Shown in pieces: positions 15,001 to 30,000 of a stretch of DNA of 64,000 nucleotides. The DNA is from the human T2T-CHM13v2.0 reference genome, Homo sapiens, in assembly GCF_009914755.1 (NCBI RefSeq), contig NC_060945.1; one strand, given 5' to 3'. The translations under genes and the position numbers were made by a program. The notes under the pieces were generated by a model that made no database searches, had not been told where the DNA came from, and worked only from the letters and a program-made list of their open reading frames with translations. The stretch's first letter is position 1. Every line of letters begins with the position of its first letter.

Positions 15001-18000
15001 CAAGTGATGTAACCCTTGTCTAGGATCTGCCTAAATTAACTTTGTGACGTAACCCTGTACTGATCATCCAAGTGATGGGGCTTTTGTCCAGGCTCTTCCT
15101 AAGGGGGCATTGTGACATATTTCTGCATTGATAACCCAGGTGGCGAACTCTTCTCTTGGATCTGCCTATGGGGGCATTGTGACAAATCTCTGCACTGATC
15201 ACCCAGGTGATGTAACTGTTGTGTAACCTCTGCCTACAGGGGAATTGTGAGAGATCTCGCCACTGATCACCCAAGTGATGTAACCATTGTCTAGGCTTTG
15301 CGTACAGGGGGCTTTGTGACATACCTTTGCACTGATCACCCAGGTGATGTAACACATCTATGTTCGACCTAAAGGAGCTTTGTGACATATCTCTGCACTG
15401 ATCACTTAGGTGATGTAACACTTTTATAAACACTGCCTACAGGGAATTTTGACAAATCTCTGCACTGATCACCTAGGTGATGTAACGCTTGTCTACCCTC
15501 TGTCCAACGGGGCATTGTGAAATATCTCTGCACTGATCACCCAGGTGATTCAACTCTTGACTAGGATCTGCCTACAGAGGTTATTGTGAAATATCTCTGC
15601 ACTGATAAACTAGGTGGTGTAACACTTATCCAAGCTCTGCCTACATGGGCGTTTTCACATATCCCTGAAGTGATGACAAAGGTGATGTAACTCCTGCCTA
15701 GGCTTTGCCTATAGGGGACATTGGATATATATCTGCACTGATCACCCAGGTGATGCAACTCTTGCCTAGGCTTTTCCTACAGGGGACATTGTGACATATC
15801 GCTTCAATGATCACCCATGTGATGCAACTCTTGCCTAGGCTTTGCCTACAGGGGACATTGTGACATATCTCTGCACTGATCTCCTAGGTGCTGTAACTTT
15901 AGTCTAGACTCTGGCTACACGGCATTGTGACATATCACTGCACTGATCAACCAGGTGATATAACTCTTGTCTAGGCTCTGCCTACAGGGGGCTTGTGACA
16001 TAGCTCAGCACTGATCACCCAGGTGATATAACTCTTCTCTAGGATCTGCCTACAGGGTGCTTTGTGACATATCCCTGCAATGATCACCGAGGTGATCTAA
16101 CTCTGGTTTAAGCTCTGCCTAAAGGGGCATTGTGACAGATCTCTGCACTGATCACTCAGGTGATGTAACTATTGTCTAGGCTCTGCTTAAAGGGGCCTTG
16201 TCACATATCTCTGCAATGATCACCCAGGTGATGTAACTCTTGTCTAGCCTCTGCTTTCACGGCATATTGTGACATATCTATGCACTGATCACCTTAGTGA
16301 TGTAACACTTGTGCAGGCTCGGCCTACAGGGTAATATTGACATATCTCTGCACTGTTAACCGAGGTGATTTAACTCTTGTCTAGGCTGTGCCCACAGGGG
16401 GATTGAGACATATCTCTGCACTGATCCCGAGGTGATCCAACTGTTGCCTGGTCTCTGCCTACTGGGGACATTGTGACATATCTCTGCACTGATCTCCCAG
16501 GTGCTGTAACTTTAGTCTAGGCTCTGGCTACACGGCATTGTGACATATCACTGCACTGATCACCCAGGTGATATAAATCTTGTCTAGGCTCTGCCTACAA
16601 TGGCCTTGTGACATATCTCTGCACTGATCACCCAGGTGATATAACTCTTCTCTAGGATCTGACCACAGGGTGCTTTGTGACATTTCCCTGCAATGATCAC
16701 CCAGGTGATATACCACTTGCCAAGACTCTGCCTACAGGGGCATTGCAATGTATCTCTGCACTGATCACCTAGGTCTTGTAACTCTTTTCTTTGATCTGCC
16801 CTCAGGGTGCTTTTTGACGTATCCCAGCAAGGATTACCCAGGTGATGTACCTCTCATCAAGGCTCTGCCTACAGGCACATTGCGATGTATCTCTGCACTG
16901 ATCACCTAGGTCATGTAACTTTTGTCTAGGCTCTGCCTACGATTGCATTGTGACATATCTCTGCACTAATCATCCAAGTGATGTAACACTTGTCTAGGAT
17001 CTGCCTAAATTAACTTTGTGACATAACCCTGTACTGATCATCCAGGTGATGGGGCTTTTGTCTAGGCTCCTAAGGGGGCATTGTGACATATTTCTGCATT
17101 GATCACCCAGGTGGCGAACTCTTCTCTTGGATCTGCCTATGGGGGCATTGTGACAAATCTCTGCACTGATCACCCAGGTGATATAACTCTTGTGTAAACT
17201 CTGCCTACAGGGGAATTGTGAAAGATCTCGCCACTGATCACCCAAGTGATGTAACCATTGTCTAGGCTTTGCGTACAGGGGGCTTTGTGACATACCTTTG
17301 CACTGATCACCCAGGTGATGTAACACATCTAAGTTCGGACTAAAGGAGCTTTGTGACATATCTCTGCACTGATCACTTAGGTGATGTAACACTTTTATAA
17401 GCACTGCCTACAGGGAATTTTGAAAAATCTCTGCACTGATCACCTAGGTGATGTAACGCTTGTCTACCCTCTGTCCAACGGCGAATTGTGAAATATCTCT
17501 GCACTGATCACCCAGGTGATTCAACTCTTGACTAGGATCTGCCTACAGAGGTTATTGTGAAATATCTCTGCACTGATAAACTAGGTGGTGTAACACTTAT
17601 CCAAGCTATGCCTATAGGGGCGTTTTCACATATCCCTGAAGTGATAACAAAGGTGATGTAACTCTTGCCTAGGCTTTGCCTACAGGGGACATTGGATATA
17701 TATCTGCACTGATCACCCAGGTGATGCAACTCTTGCCTAGGATTTTCCTACAGGGGACATTGTGACATATCTCTGCACTGATCTCCCAGGTGCTGTAACT
17801 TTAGTCTAGACTCTGGCTACACGGCATTGTGACATATCACTGCACTGATCAACCAGGTGATATAACTCTTGTCTAGGCTCTGCCTACAGGGGGCTTGTGA
17901 CATAGCTCAGCACTGATCACCCAGATGATATAACTCTTCTCTAGGATCTGCCTACAGGGTGCTTTGTGACATATCCCTGCAATGATCACCCAGGTGATCT

Positions 18001-21000
18001 AACTCTGGTTTAAGCTCTGCCTAAAGGGGCATTGTGACAGATCTCTGCACTGATCACTCAGGTGATGTAACTATTGTCTAGGCTCTGCTTAAAGGGGCCT
18101 TGTCACATATCTCTGCACTGATCACCCAGGTGATGTAACTCTTGTCTAGCCTCTGCTTTCACGGCATATTGTGACATATCTATGCACTGATCACCTTAGT
18201 GATGTAACAATTGTGTAGGCTCGGCCTACAGGGGAATATTGACATATCTCTGCACTGTTAACCGAGGTGATTTAACTCTTGTCTAGGCTGTGCCCACAGG
18301 GGGATTGAGACATATCTCTGCACTGATCCCGAGGTGATCCAAATGTTGCCTGGTCTCTGCCTACTGGGGACATTGTGACATATCTCTGCACTGATCTCCC
18401 AGGTGCTGTAACTTTAGTCTAGGCTCTGGCTACATGGCATTGTGACATATCACTGCACTGATCACCCAGGTGATATAAATCTTGTCTAGGCTCTGCCTAC
18501 AATGGCCTTGTGACATATCTCTGCACTGATCACCCAGGTGATATAACTCTTCTCTAGGATCTGACCACAGGGTGCTTTGTGGCATTTCCCTGCAATGATC
18601 ACCCAGGTGATATACCACTTGCCAAGACTCTGCCTACAGGGGCATTGCAATGTATCTCTGCACTGATCACCTAGGTCTTGTAACTCTTTTCTTTGATCTG
18701 CCCTCAGGGTGCTTTTTGACGTATCCCAGCAAGGATTACCCAGGTGATGTACCTCTCATCAAGGCTCTGCCTACAGGCACATTGCGATGTATCTCTGCAC
18801 TGATCACCTAGGTCATGTAACTTTTGTCTAGGCTCTGCCTACGATTGCATTGTGACATATCTCTGCACTAATCATCCAAGTGATGTAACACTTGTCTAGG
18901 ATCTGCCTAAATTAACTTTGTGACATAACCCTGTACTGATCATCCAGGTGATGGGGCTTTTGTCTAGGCTCTGCCTAAGGGGGCATTGTGACATATTTCT
19001 GCATTGATCACCCAGGTGGCGAACTCTTCTCTTGGATCTGCCTATGGGGGCATTGTGACAAATCTCTGCACTGATCACCCAGGTGATGTAACTCTTGTGT
19101 AAACTCTGCCTACAGGGGAATTGTGAGAGATCTCGCCACTGATCACCCAAGTGATGTAACCATTGTCTAGGCTTTGCGTACAGGGGGCTTTGTGACATAC
19201 CTTTGCACTGATCACCCAGGTGATGTAACACATCTAAGTTCGGACTAAAGGAGCTTTGTGACATATCTCTGCACTGATCACTTAGGTGATGTAACACTTT
19301 TATAAGCACTGCCTACAGGGAATTTTGACAAATCTCTGCACTGATCACCTAGGTGATGTAACGCTTGTCTACCCTCTGTCCAACGGCGCATTGTGAAATA
19401 TCTCTGCACTGATCACCCAGGTGATTCAACTCTTGACTAGGATCTGCCTACAGAGGTTATTGTGAAATATCTCTGCACTGATAAACTAGGTGGTGTAACA
19501 CTTATCCAAGCTCTGCCTATAGGGGCGTTTTCACATATCCCTGAAGTGATAACAAAGGTGATGTAACTCTTGCCTAGGCTTTGCCTACAGGGGACATTGG
19601 ATATATATCTGCACTGATCACCCAGGTGATGCAACTCTTGCCTAGGATTTTCCTACAGGGGACATTGTGACATATCGCTTCAATGATCACCCATGTGATG
19701 CAACCCTTGCCTAGGCTTTGCCTACAGGGGACATTGTGACATATCTCTGCACTGATCTCCCAGGTGCTGTAACTTTAGTCTAGACTCTGGCTACACGGCA
19801 TTGTGACATATCACTGCACTGATCAACCAGGTGATATAACCCTTGTATAGGCTCTGCCTACAGGGGGCTTGTGACATAGCTCTGCACTGATCACCCAGGT
19901 GATATAACTCTTCTCTAGGATCTGCCTACAGGGTGCTTTGTGACATATCCCTGCAATGATCACCCAGGTGATCTAACTCTGGTTTAAGCTCTGCCTAAAG
20001 GGGCACTGTGACAGATCTCTGCACAGATCACTCAGGTGATGTAACTATTGTCTAGGCTCTGCTTAAAGGGGCCTTGTCACATATCTCTGCAATGATCACC
20101 CAGGAGATGTAACTCTTGTCTAGCCTCTGCTTCCGCGGCATATTGTGACATATCTATGCACTGATCACCTTAGTGATGTAACACTTGTGTAGGCTCGGCC
20201 TACAGGGGAATATTGACATATCTCTGCACTGTTAACCGAGGTGATTTAACTCTTGTCTAGGCTGTGCCCACAGGGGGATTGAGACATATCTCTCCACTGA
20301 TCCCGAGGTGATGCAACTGTTGCCTGGTCTCTGCCTACTGGGGACATTGTGACATATCTCTGCACTGATCTCCCAGGTGCTGTAAATTTAGTCCAGGCTC
20401 TGGCTACACGGCATTGTGACATATCACTGCACTGATCACCCAGGTGATATAAATCTTGTCTAGGCTCTGCCTACAATGGCCTTGTGACATATCTCTGCAC
20501 TGATCACCCAGGTGATATAACTCTTCTCTAGGATCTGACCACAGGGTGCTTTGTGGCATTTCCCTGCAATGATCACCCAGGTGATATACCACTCGCCAAG
20601 GCTCTGCCTACAGGGGCATTGCAATTTATCTCTGCACTGTTCACCTAGGTCTTGTAACTCTTTTCTTCGATGTGCCCTCAGGGTGATTTTTGACGTATCC
20701 CAGCAAGGATTACCCAGGTGATGTACCTCTCATCAAGGCTCTGCCTACAAGCACATTGCGATGTATCTCTGCACTGATCACCTAGGTCATGTAACTTTTG
20801 TCTAGGCTCTGCCTACGATGGCATTGTGACATATCTCTGCACTAATCATCCAAGTGATGTAACACTTGTCTAGGATCTGCCTAAATTAACTTTGTGACAT
20901 AACCCTGTACTGATCATCCAGGTGATGGGGCTTTTGTCTAGGCTCTGCCTAAGGGGGCATTGTGACATATTTCTGCATTGATCACCCAGGTGGCGAACTC

Positions 21001-24000
21001 TTCTCTTGGATCTGCCTATGGGGGCATTGTGACAAATCTCTGCACTGATCACCCAGGTGATGTAACTCTTGTGTAACCTCTGCCTACAGGGGAATTGTGA
21101 GAGATCTCGCCACTGATCACCCAAGTGATGTAACCATTGTCTAGGCTTTGCGTACTGGGGGCTTTGTGACATACCTTTGCACTGATCACCCAGGTGATGA
21201 AACACATCTAAGATCGGCCTAAAGGAGCTTTGTGACATATCTCTGCACTGATCACTTAGGTGATGTAACACTTTTATAAGCACTGCCTACAGGGAATTTT
21301 GACAAATCTCTGCACTGATCACCTAGGTGATGTAACGCTTGTCTACCCTCTGTCCAACGGGGCATTGTGAAATATCTCTGCACTGATCACCCAGGTGATT
21401 CAACTCTTGACTAGGATCTGCCTACAGAGTTTATTGTGAAATATCTCTGCACTGATAAACTAGGTGGTGTAACCCTTATCCAAGCTCTGCCTACAGGGGT
21501 GTTTTCACATATCCCTGAAGTGATGACAAAGGTGATGTAACTCTTGCCTAGGCTTTGCCTACAGGGGACATTGGACATATATCTGCACTGATCACCCGGG
21601 TGATGCAACTCTTGCCTAGGCTTTGCCTACAGGGGACATTGTGACATATCTCTGCACTGATCTCCCAGGTGCTGTAACTTTAGTCTAGACTCTGGCTACA
21701 CGGCATTGTGACATATCACTGCACTGATCAACCAGGTGATATAACTCTTGTCTAGGCTCTGCCTACAGGGGGCTTGGGACATAGCTCTGCACTGATCACC
21801 CTGGTGATATAACTCTTCTCTAGGATCTGCCTACAGGGTGCTTTGTGACATATCCCTGCAATGATCACCCAGGTGATCTAACTCTGATTTAAGCTCTGCC
21901 TAAAGGGGCATTGTGACAGATCTCTGCACTGATCACTCAGGTGATGTAACTATTGTCTAGGCTCTGCTTAAAGGGGCCTTGTCACATATCTCTGCAATGA
22001 TCACCCAGGTGATGTAACTCTTGTCTAGCCTCTGCTTTCACGGCATATTGTGACATATCTATGCACTGATCACCTTAGTGATGTAACACTTGTGTAGGCT
22101 CGGCCTACATGGTAATATTGACATATCTCTGCACTGTTAACCGAGGTGATTTAACTCTTGTCTAGGCTGTGCCCACAGGGGGATTGAGACATATCTCTGC
22201 ACTGATCCCGAGGTGATACAACTGTTGCCTGGTTTCTGCCTACTGGGGACATTGTGACATATCTCTGCACTGATCGCCCAGGTGCTGTAACTTTAGTCTA
22301 GGCTCTGGCTACACGGCATTGTGACATATCACTGCACTGATCACCCAGGTGATATAAATCTTGTCTAGGCTCTGCCTACAATGGCCTTGTGACATATCTC
22401 TGCACTGATCACCCAGATGATATAACTCTTCTCTAGGATCTGACCACAGGGTGCTTTGTGACATTTCCCTGCAATGATCACACAGGTGATATACCACTTG
22501 CCAAGGCTCTGCCCACAGGGGCATTGCAATGTATCTCTGCACTGATCACCTAGGTCTTGTAACTCTTTTCTTCGATCTGCCCTCAGGGTGCTTTTTGACG
22601 TATCCCAGCAAGGATTACCTAGGTGATGTACCTCTCATCAAGGCTCAGCCTACAGGCACATTGCGATGTATCTCTGCACTGATCACCTAGGTCATGTAAC
22701 TTTTGTCTAGGCTCTGCCTACGATGGCATTGTGACATATCTCTGCACAAATCATCCAAGTGATGTAACACTTGTCTAGGATCTGCCTAAATTAACTTTGT
22801 GACATAACCCTGTACTGATCATCCAGGTGATGGGGCTTTTGTCTAGGCTCTGCCTAAGGGGGCATTTTGACATATTTCTGCATTGATCACCCAGGTGGCG
22901 AACTCTTCTCTTGGATCTGCGTATGGGGGCATTGTGACAAATCTCTGCACTGATCACCCAGGTGATGTAACTGTTGTGTAACCTCTGCCTACAGGGGAAT
23001 TGTGAGAGATCTCGCCACTGATCACCCAAGTGATGTAACCATTGTCTAGGCTTTGCGTACAGGGGTCTTTGTGACATACCTTTGCACTGATCACCCAGGT
23101 GATGTAACACATCTATGTTCGGCCTAAAGGAGCTTTGTGACATACCTCTGCACTGATCACTTAGGTGATGTAACAGTTTTATAAGCACTGCCTACAGGGA
23201 ATTTTGACAAATCTCTGCACTGATCACCTAGGTGATGTAACGCTTGTGTACCCTCTGTCCAACGGGGCATTGTGAAATATCTCTGCACTGATCACCCAGG
23301 TGATTCAACTCTTGACTAGGATCTGCCTACAGAGGTTATTGTGAAATATCTCTGCACTGATAAACTAGGTGGTGTAACCCTTATCCAAGCTCTGCCTATA
23401 GGGGCGTTTTCACATATCCCTGAAGTGATGACAAAGATGATGTAACTCTTGCCTAGACTTTGCCTACAGGGGACATTGGACATATATCTGCACTGATCAC
23501 CCAGGTGATGCAACTCTTGCCTAGGCTTTGCCTACAGGGGACATTGTGACATATCTCTGCACTGATCTCCCAGGTGCTGTAACATTAGTCTAGACTCTGG
23601 CTACACGGCATTGTGACATATCACTGCACTGATCAACCAGGTGATATAACTCTTGTCTAGGCTCTGCCTACAGGGGTCTTGTGACATAGCTCTGCACTGA
23701 TCACCCAGGTGATATAACTCTTCTCTAGGATCTGCCTACAGGGTGCTTTGTGACATATCCCTGCAATGATCACCCAGGTGATCTAACTCTGGTTTAAGCT
23801 CTGCCTAAAGGGGCATTGTGACAGATCTCTGCACTGATCACTCAGGTGATGTAACTATTGTCTAGGCTCTGCTTAAAGGGGCCTTGTCACATATCTCTGC
23901 AATGATCACCCAGGTGATGTAACTCTTGTCTAGCCTCTGCTTTCACGGCATATAGTGACATATCTATGCACTGATCACCTTAGTGATGTAACACTTGTGT

Positions 24001-27000
24001 AGGCTCGGCCTACAGGGGAATATTGACATATCTCTGCACTGTTAACCGAGGTGATTTAACTCTTGTCTAGGCTGTGCCCACAGGGGGATTGAGACATATC
24101 TCTGCACTGATCCCGAGGTGATCCAACTGTTGCCTGGTCTCTGCCTACTGGGGACATTGTGACATATCTCTGCACTGATCTCCCAGGTGCTGTAACTTTA
24201 GTCTAGGCTCTGGCTACACGGCATTGTGACATATCACTGCACTGATCACCCAGGTGATATAAATCTTGTCTAGGCTCTGCCTACAATGGCCTTGTGACAT
24301 ATCTCTGCACTGATCACCCAGGTGATATAACTCTTCTCTAGGATCTGACCACAGGGTGCTTTGTGACATTTCCCTGCAATGATCACCCAGGTGATATACC
24401 ACTTGCCAAGGCTCTGCCTACAGGGGCATTGCAATGTATCTCTGCACTGATCACCTAGGTCTTGTAACTCTTTTCTAGGATCTGCCCACAGGGTGATTTT
24501 TGACGTATCCCAGCAAGGATTACCCAGGTGATGTACCTCTCATCAAGGCTCTGCCTACAGGCACATTGCGATGTATCTCTGCACTGATCACCTGGGTCAT
24601 GTAACTTTTGTCTAGGCTCTGCCTACGATGGCATTGTGACATATCTCTGCACTAATCATCCAAGTGATGTAAACAATGTCTAGGATCTGCCTAAATTAAC
24701 TTTGTGACATAATCCTGTACTGATCATCCAGGTGATGGGGCTTTTGTCTAGGCTCTGCCTAAGGGTGCATTGTGACATATTTCTGCATTGATCACCCAGG
24801 TGGCGAACTCTTCTCTTGGATCTGCCTATGGGGGCATTGTGAGAAATCTCTGCACTGATCACCCAGGTGATGTAACTGTTGTGTAACCTCTGCCTACAGG
24901 GGAATTGTGAGAGATCTCTCCACTGATCACCCAAGTGATGTTACCATTGTCTAGGCTTTGCGTACAGGGGGCTTTGTGACATACCTTTGCACTGATCACC
25001 CAGGTGATGTAACATATCTAAGTTCGGCCTAAAGGAGCTTTGTGACATATCTCTGCACTGATCACTTAGGTGATGTAACACTTTTATAAGCACTGCCTAC
25101 AGGGAATTTTGACAAATCTCTGCACTCATCACCTAGGTGATGTAACGCTTGTCTACCCTCTGTCCAACGGGGCATTGTGAAATATCTCTGCACTGATCAC
25201 CCTGGTGATTCAACTCTTGACTAGTATCTGCCTACAGAGGTTATTGTGAAATATCTCTGCATTGATAAACTAGGTGTTGTAACCCTTGTCCAAGCTCTGC
25301 CTATAGGGACGTTTTCACATATCCCTGAAGTGATGACAAAGGTGATGTAACTCTTGCCTAGGCTTTTCCTACAGGGGACATTGTGACATATCGCTTCAAT
25401 GATCACCCATGTGATGCAACTCTTGCCTAGGCTTTGCCTACAGGGGACATTGTGACATATCTCTCCACTGATCTCCCATGTGCTGTAACTTTAGTCTAGG
25501 CTCTGGCTACATGGCACTGTGACATATCACTGCACTGATCAACCAGGTGATATAACACTTCTATAGGCTCTGCCTACAGGGGGCTTGTGACATACCTCTG
25601 CACTGATCACACAGGTGATATAACTCCTCTCTAGGATCTACCTACTGGGTGCTTGGTGACATATCCCTGCACTGATCACCCAGGTGATCTAACTCTCGTC
25701 TGAGCTCTGCCTAAAGGGCATTGTGACAGATCTCTGCACTGATCACCCAGGTGATGTAACTCTTGTCTAGGCTCTCCTTGCAGGGCATATTGTGACATAT
25801 CTATGCACTGATCACCTTAGTGATGTAACACTTGTGTATGCTCGGCCTACAGGGAAATCTTGACATATCTCTGCACTGTTAACCGAGGTGATTTAACTCT
25901 TGCCTAGGCTGTGCCCACAGGGGGATTGAGACATATCTCCGCACTGATCCCGAGGTGATCCAACTCTTGCCTGGTCTCTGCCTACTGGGGACATTGTGAC
26001 ATATCTCTGCACTGATCAACCAGGTGATATAACTCTTGTCTAGGCTCTGCCTACAATGGTCTTGTGACATACCTCTGCACTGACCACCCAGGTGATATAA
26101 CTCTTCTCTAGGATCTGACCACAGGGTGCTTTGTGACATATCCCTGCAATGATCACCCAGGTGATATACCACTTGCCAAGGTTCTGCCTACTGGGGCATT
26201 GCAATGTATCTCTGCACTAATCACCTTGGTCTTGTAAATCTTTTCTAGAATCTGCCCACAGGGTGCTTTGTGACGTATCCCAGCAAGGATTACCCAGGTG
26301 ATGTACCTCTCATCAAGGCTCTGCCTACAGGCACATTGCGATGTATCTCTGCACTGATCATATAGGTCATGTAACTTTTGTCTAGGCTCTGCCTACGATA
26401 GCATTGTGACATATGTCTGCACTAATCATCCAAGTGATGTAACACTTGTCTAGGATCTGCCTAAATTAACTTTGTGACATAACCCTGTACTGATCATCCA
26501 GGTGATGGGGCTTTTCTCTAGGCTCTGTCTAAGGGGGCATTGTGACATATTTCTGCATTGATCACCCACGTGGCGAACTCTTCTCTTGGATCTGCCTATG
26601 GGGGCATTGTGACAAATCTCTGCACTGATCACCCAGGTGATGTAACTGTTGTGTAACCTCTGCCTACAGGGAAATTGTGAGAGATCTCTCCACTGATCAC
26701 CCAAGTGATGTAACCATTGTCTAGGCTTGGCTTACAGGGGGATTTGTGACATACCTTTGCACTGATCACCCAGGTGATGTAACACATCTAAGTTCGGCCT
26801 AAAGGAGCTTTGTGACATATCTCTGCACTGATCACTTAGGTGATGTAACACTTTTATAAGCACTGCCTACAGGGAATTTTGACAAATCTCTGCACTGATC
26901 ACCTAAGTGATGTAACGCTCGTCTACCCTCTGTCCAACGGGGCATTGTGAAATATCTCTGCACTGATCACCCAGGTGATTCAACTCTTGACTAGGATCTG

Positions 27001-30000
27001 CCTACAGAGGTTATTGTGAAATATCTCTGCACTGATAAACTAGGTGGTGTATCCCTTATCCAAGCTCTGCCTACAGGGGCGTTTTCACATATCCCTGAAG
27101 TGATGACAAAGGTGATGTAACTCTTGCCTAGGCTTTGCCTACAGGGGACATTGGACATATATCTGCACTGATCACCCATGTGATGTAACTCTTGCCTAGG
27201 CTTTGCCTACAGGGGACATTGTGACATATCTCTGCACTGATCTCCCAGGTGCTGTAACTTTAGTCTAGACTCTGGCTACACGGCATTGTGACATATCACT
27301 GCACTGATCAACCAGGTGATATAACTCTTGTCTAGGCTCTGCCTACAGGGGGCTTGTGACATATCTCTGCACTGATCACCCAGGTGATATAACTCTTCTC
27401 TAGGATCTGCCTACAGGGTGCTTTGTGACATATCCCTGCAATGATCACCCAGGTGATCTAACTCTGGTTTAAGCTCTGCCTAAAGGGGCATTGTGACAGA
27501 TCTCTGCACTGATCACTCAGGTGATGTAACTATTGTCTAGGCTCTGCTTAAAGGGGCCTTGTCACATATCTCTGCACTGATCACCCAGGTGATGTAACTC
27601 TTGTCTAGCCTCTGCTTTCACGGCATATTGTGACATATCTATGCACTGATCACCTTAGTGATGTAACACTTGTGTAGGCTCGGCCTACGGGGGAACATTG
27701 ACATATCTCTGCACTGTTAACCGAGGTGATTTAACTCTTGTCTAGGCTGTGCCCACAGGGGGATTGAGACATATCTCTGCACTGATCCCGAGGTGATCCA
27801 ACTTTTGCCTGGTCTCTGCCTACTGGGGACATTGTGACATATCTCTGCATTGATCTCCCAGGTGCTGTAACTTTAGTCTAGGCTCTGACTACACGTCATT
27901 GTGACATATCACTGCACTGATCACCCAGGTGATATAAATCTTGTCTAGGCTCTGCCTACAATGGCCTTGTGACATATCTCTGCACTGATCACCCAGGTGA
28001 TATAACTCTTCTCTAGGATCTGACCACAGGGTGCTTTGTGACATTTCCCTGCAATGATCACCCAGGTGATATACCACTTGCCAAGGCTCTGCCTACAGGG
28101 GCATTGCAATGTATCTCTGCACTGATCACCTAGGTATTGTAACTCTTTTCTAGGATCTGCCCACTGGGTGCTTTTTGACGTATCCCAGCAAGGATTACGC
28201 AGGTGATGTACCTCTCATCAAGGCTCTGCCTACAGGCACATTGCGATGTATCTCTGCACTGATCACCTGGGTCATGTAACTTTTGTCTAGGCTCTGCCTA
28301 CGATGGCATTGTGACATATCTCTGCACTAATCATCCAAGTGATGTAACCAATGTCTAGTATCTGCCTAAATTAACTTTGTGACATAACCCTGTACTGATC
28401 ATCCAGGTGATGGGGCTTTTGTCTAGGCTCTGCCTAAGAGTGCATTGTGACATATTTCTGCATTGATCACCCAGGTGGCGAACTCTTCTCTTGGATCTGC
28501 CTATGGGGGCATTGTGAGAAATCTCTGCACTGCTCACCCAGGTGATGTAACTGTTGTGTAACCTCTGCCTACAGGGGAATTGTGAGAGATCTCTCCACTG
28601 ATCACCCAAGTGATGTTACCATTGTCTAGGCTTTGCGTACAGGGGGCTTTGTGACATACCTTTGCACTGATCACCCAGTTGATGTAACACATCTAAGTTC
28701 GGCCTAAAGGAGCTTTGTGACATATCTCTGCACTGATCACTTAGGTGATGTAACACTTTTATAAGCACTGCCTACAGGGAATTTTGACAAATCTCTGCAC
28801 TGATCACCTAGGTGATGTAACGCTTGTCTACCCTCTGTCCAACGGGGCATTGTGAAATATCTCTGCACTGATCACCCTGGTGATTCAACTCTTGACTAGT
28901 ATCTGCCTACAGAGGTTATTGTGAAATATCTCTGCATTGATAAACTAGGTGTTGTAACCCTTGTCCAAGCTCTGCCTATAGGGACGTTTTCACATATCCC
29001 TGAACTGATGACAAAGGTGATGTAACTATTGCCTAGGCTTTGCCTACAGGGGATATTGGACATATATCTGCACTGATCACTCAGGTGATGCAACTCTTGC
29101 CTAGGCTTTGCCTACAGGGGACATTGTGACATATCTCTCCACTGATCTCCCATGTGCTGTAACTTTAGTCTAGGCTCTGGCTACATGGCATTGTGACATA
29201 TCACTGCACTGATCAACCAGGTGATATAACACTTCTATAGGCTCTGCCTACAGGGGGCTTGTGACATACCTCTGCACTGATCACACAGGTGATATAACTC
29301 CTCTCTAGGATCTACCTACTGGGTGCTTGGTGACATATCCCTGCACTGATCACCCAGGTGATCTAACTCTCGTCTGAGCTCTGCCTAAAGGGCATTGTGA
29401 CAGATCTCTGCACTGATCACCCAGGTGATGTAACTCTTGTCTAGGCTCTCCTTGCAGGGCATATTGTGACATATCTGTGCACTGATCACCTTAGTGATGT
29501 AACACTTGTGTAGGCTCGGCCTACAGGGAAATCTTGACATATCTCTGCACTGTTAACCGAGGTGATTTAACTCTTGCCTAGGCTGTGCCCACAGGGGGAT
29601 TGAGACATATCTCCGCACTGATCCCGAGGTGATCTAACTCTTGCCTGGTCTCTGCCTACTGGGGACATTGTGACATATCTCTGCACTGATCAACCAGGTG
29701 ATATAGCTCTTGTCTAGGCTCTGCCTACAATGGTCGTGTGACATATCTCTGCACTGATCACCCAGGTGATATAACTCTTCTCTAGCATCTGACCACAGGG
29801 TGCTTTGTGACATATCCCTGCAATGATCACCCAGGTGATATACCACTTGCCAAGGTTCTGCCTACTGGGGCATTGCAATGTATCTCTGCACTAATCACCT
29901 TGGTCTTGTAAATCTTTTCTAGAATCTGCCCACAGGGTGCTTTGTGACGTATCCCAGCAAGGATTACCCAGGTGATGTACCTCTCATCAAGGCTCTGCCT

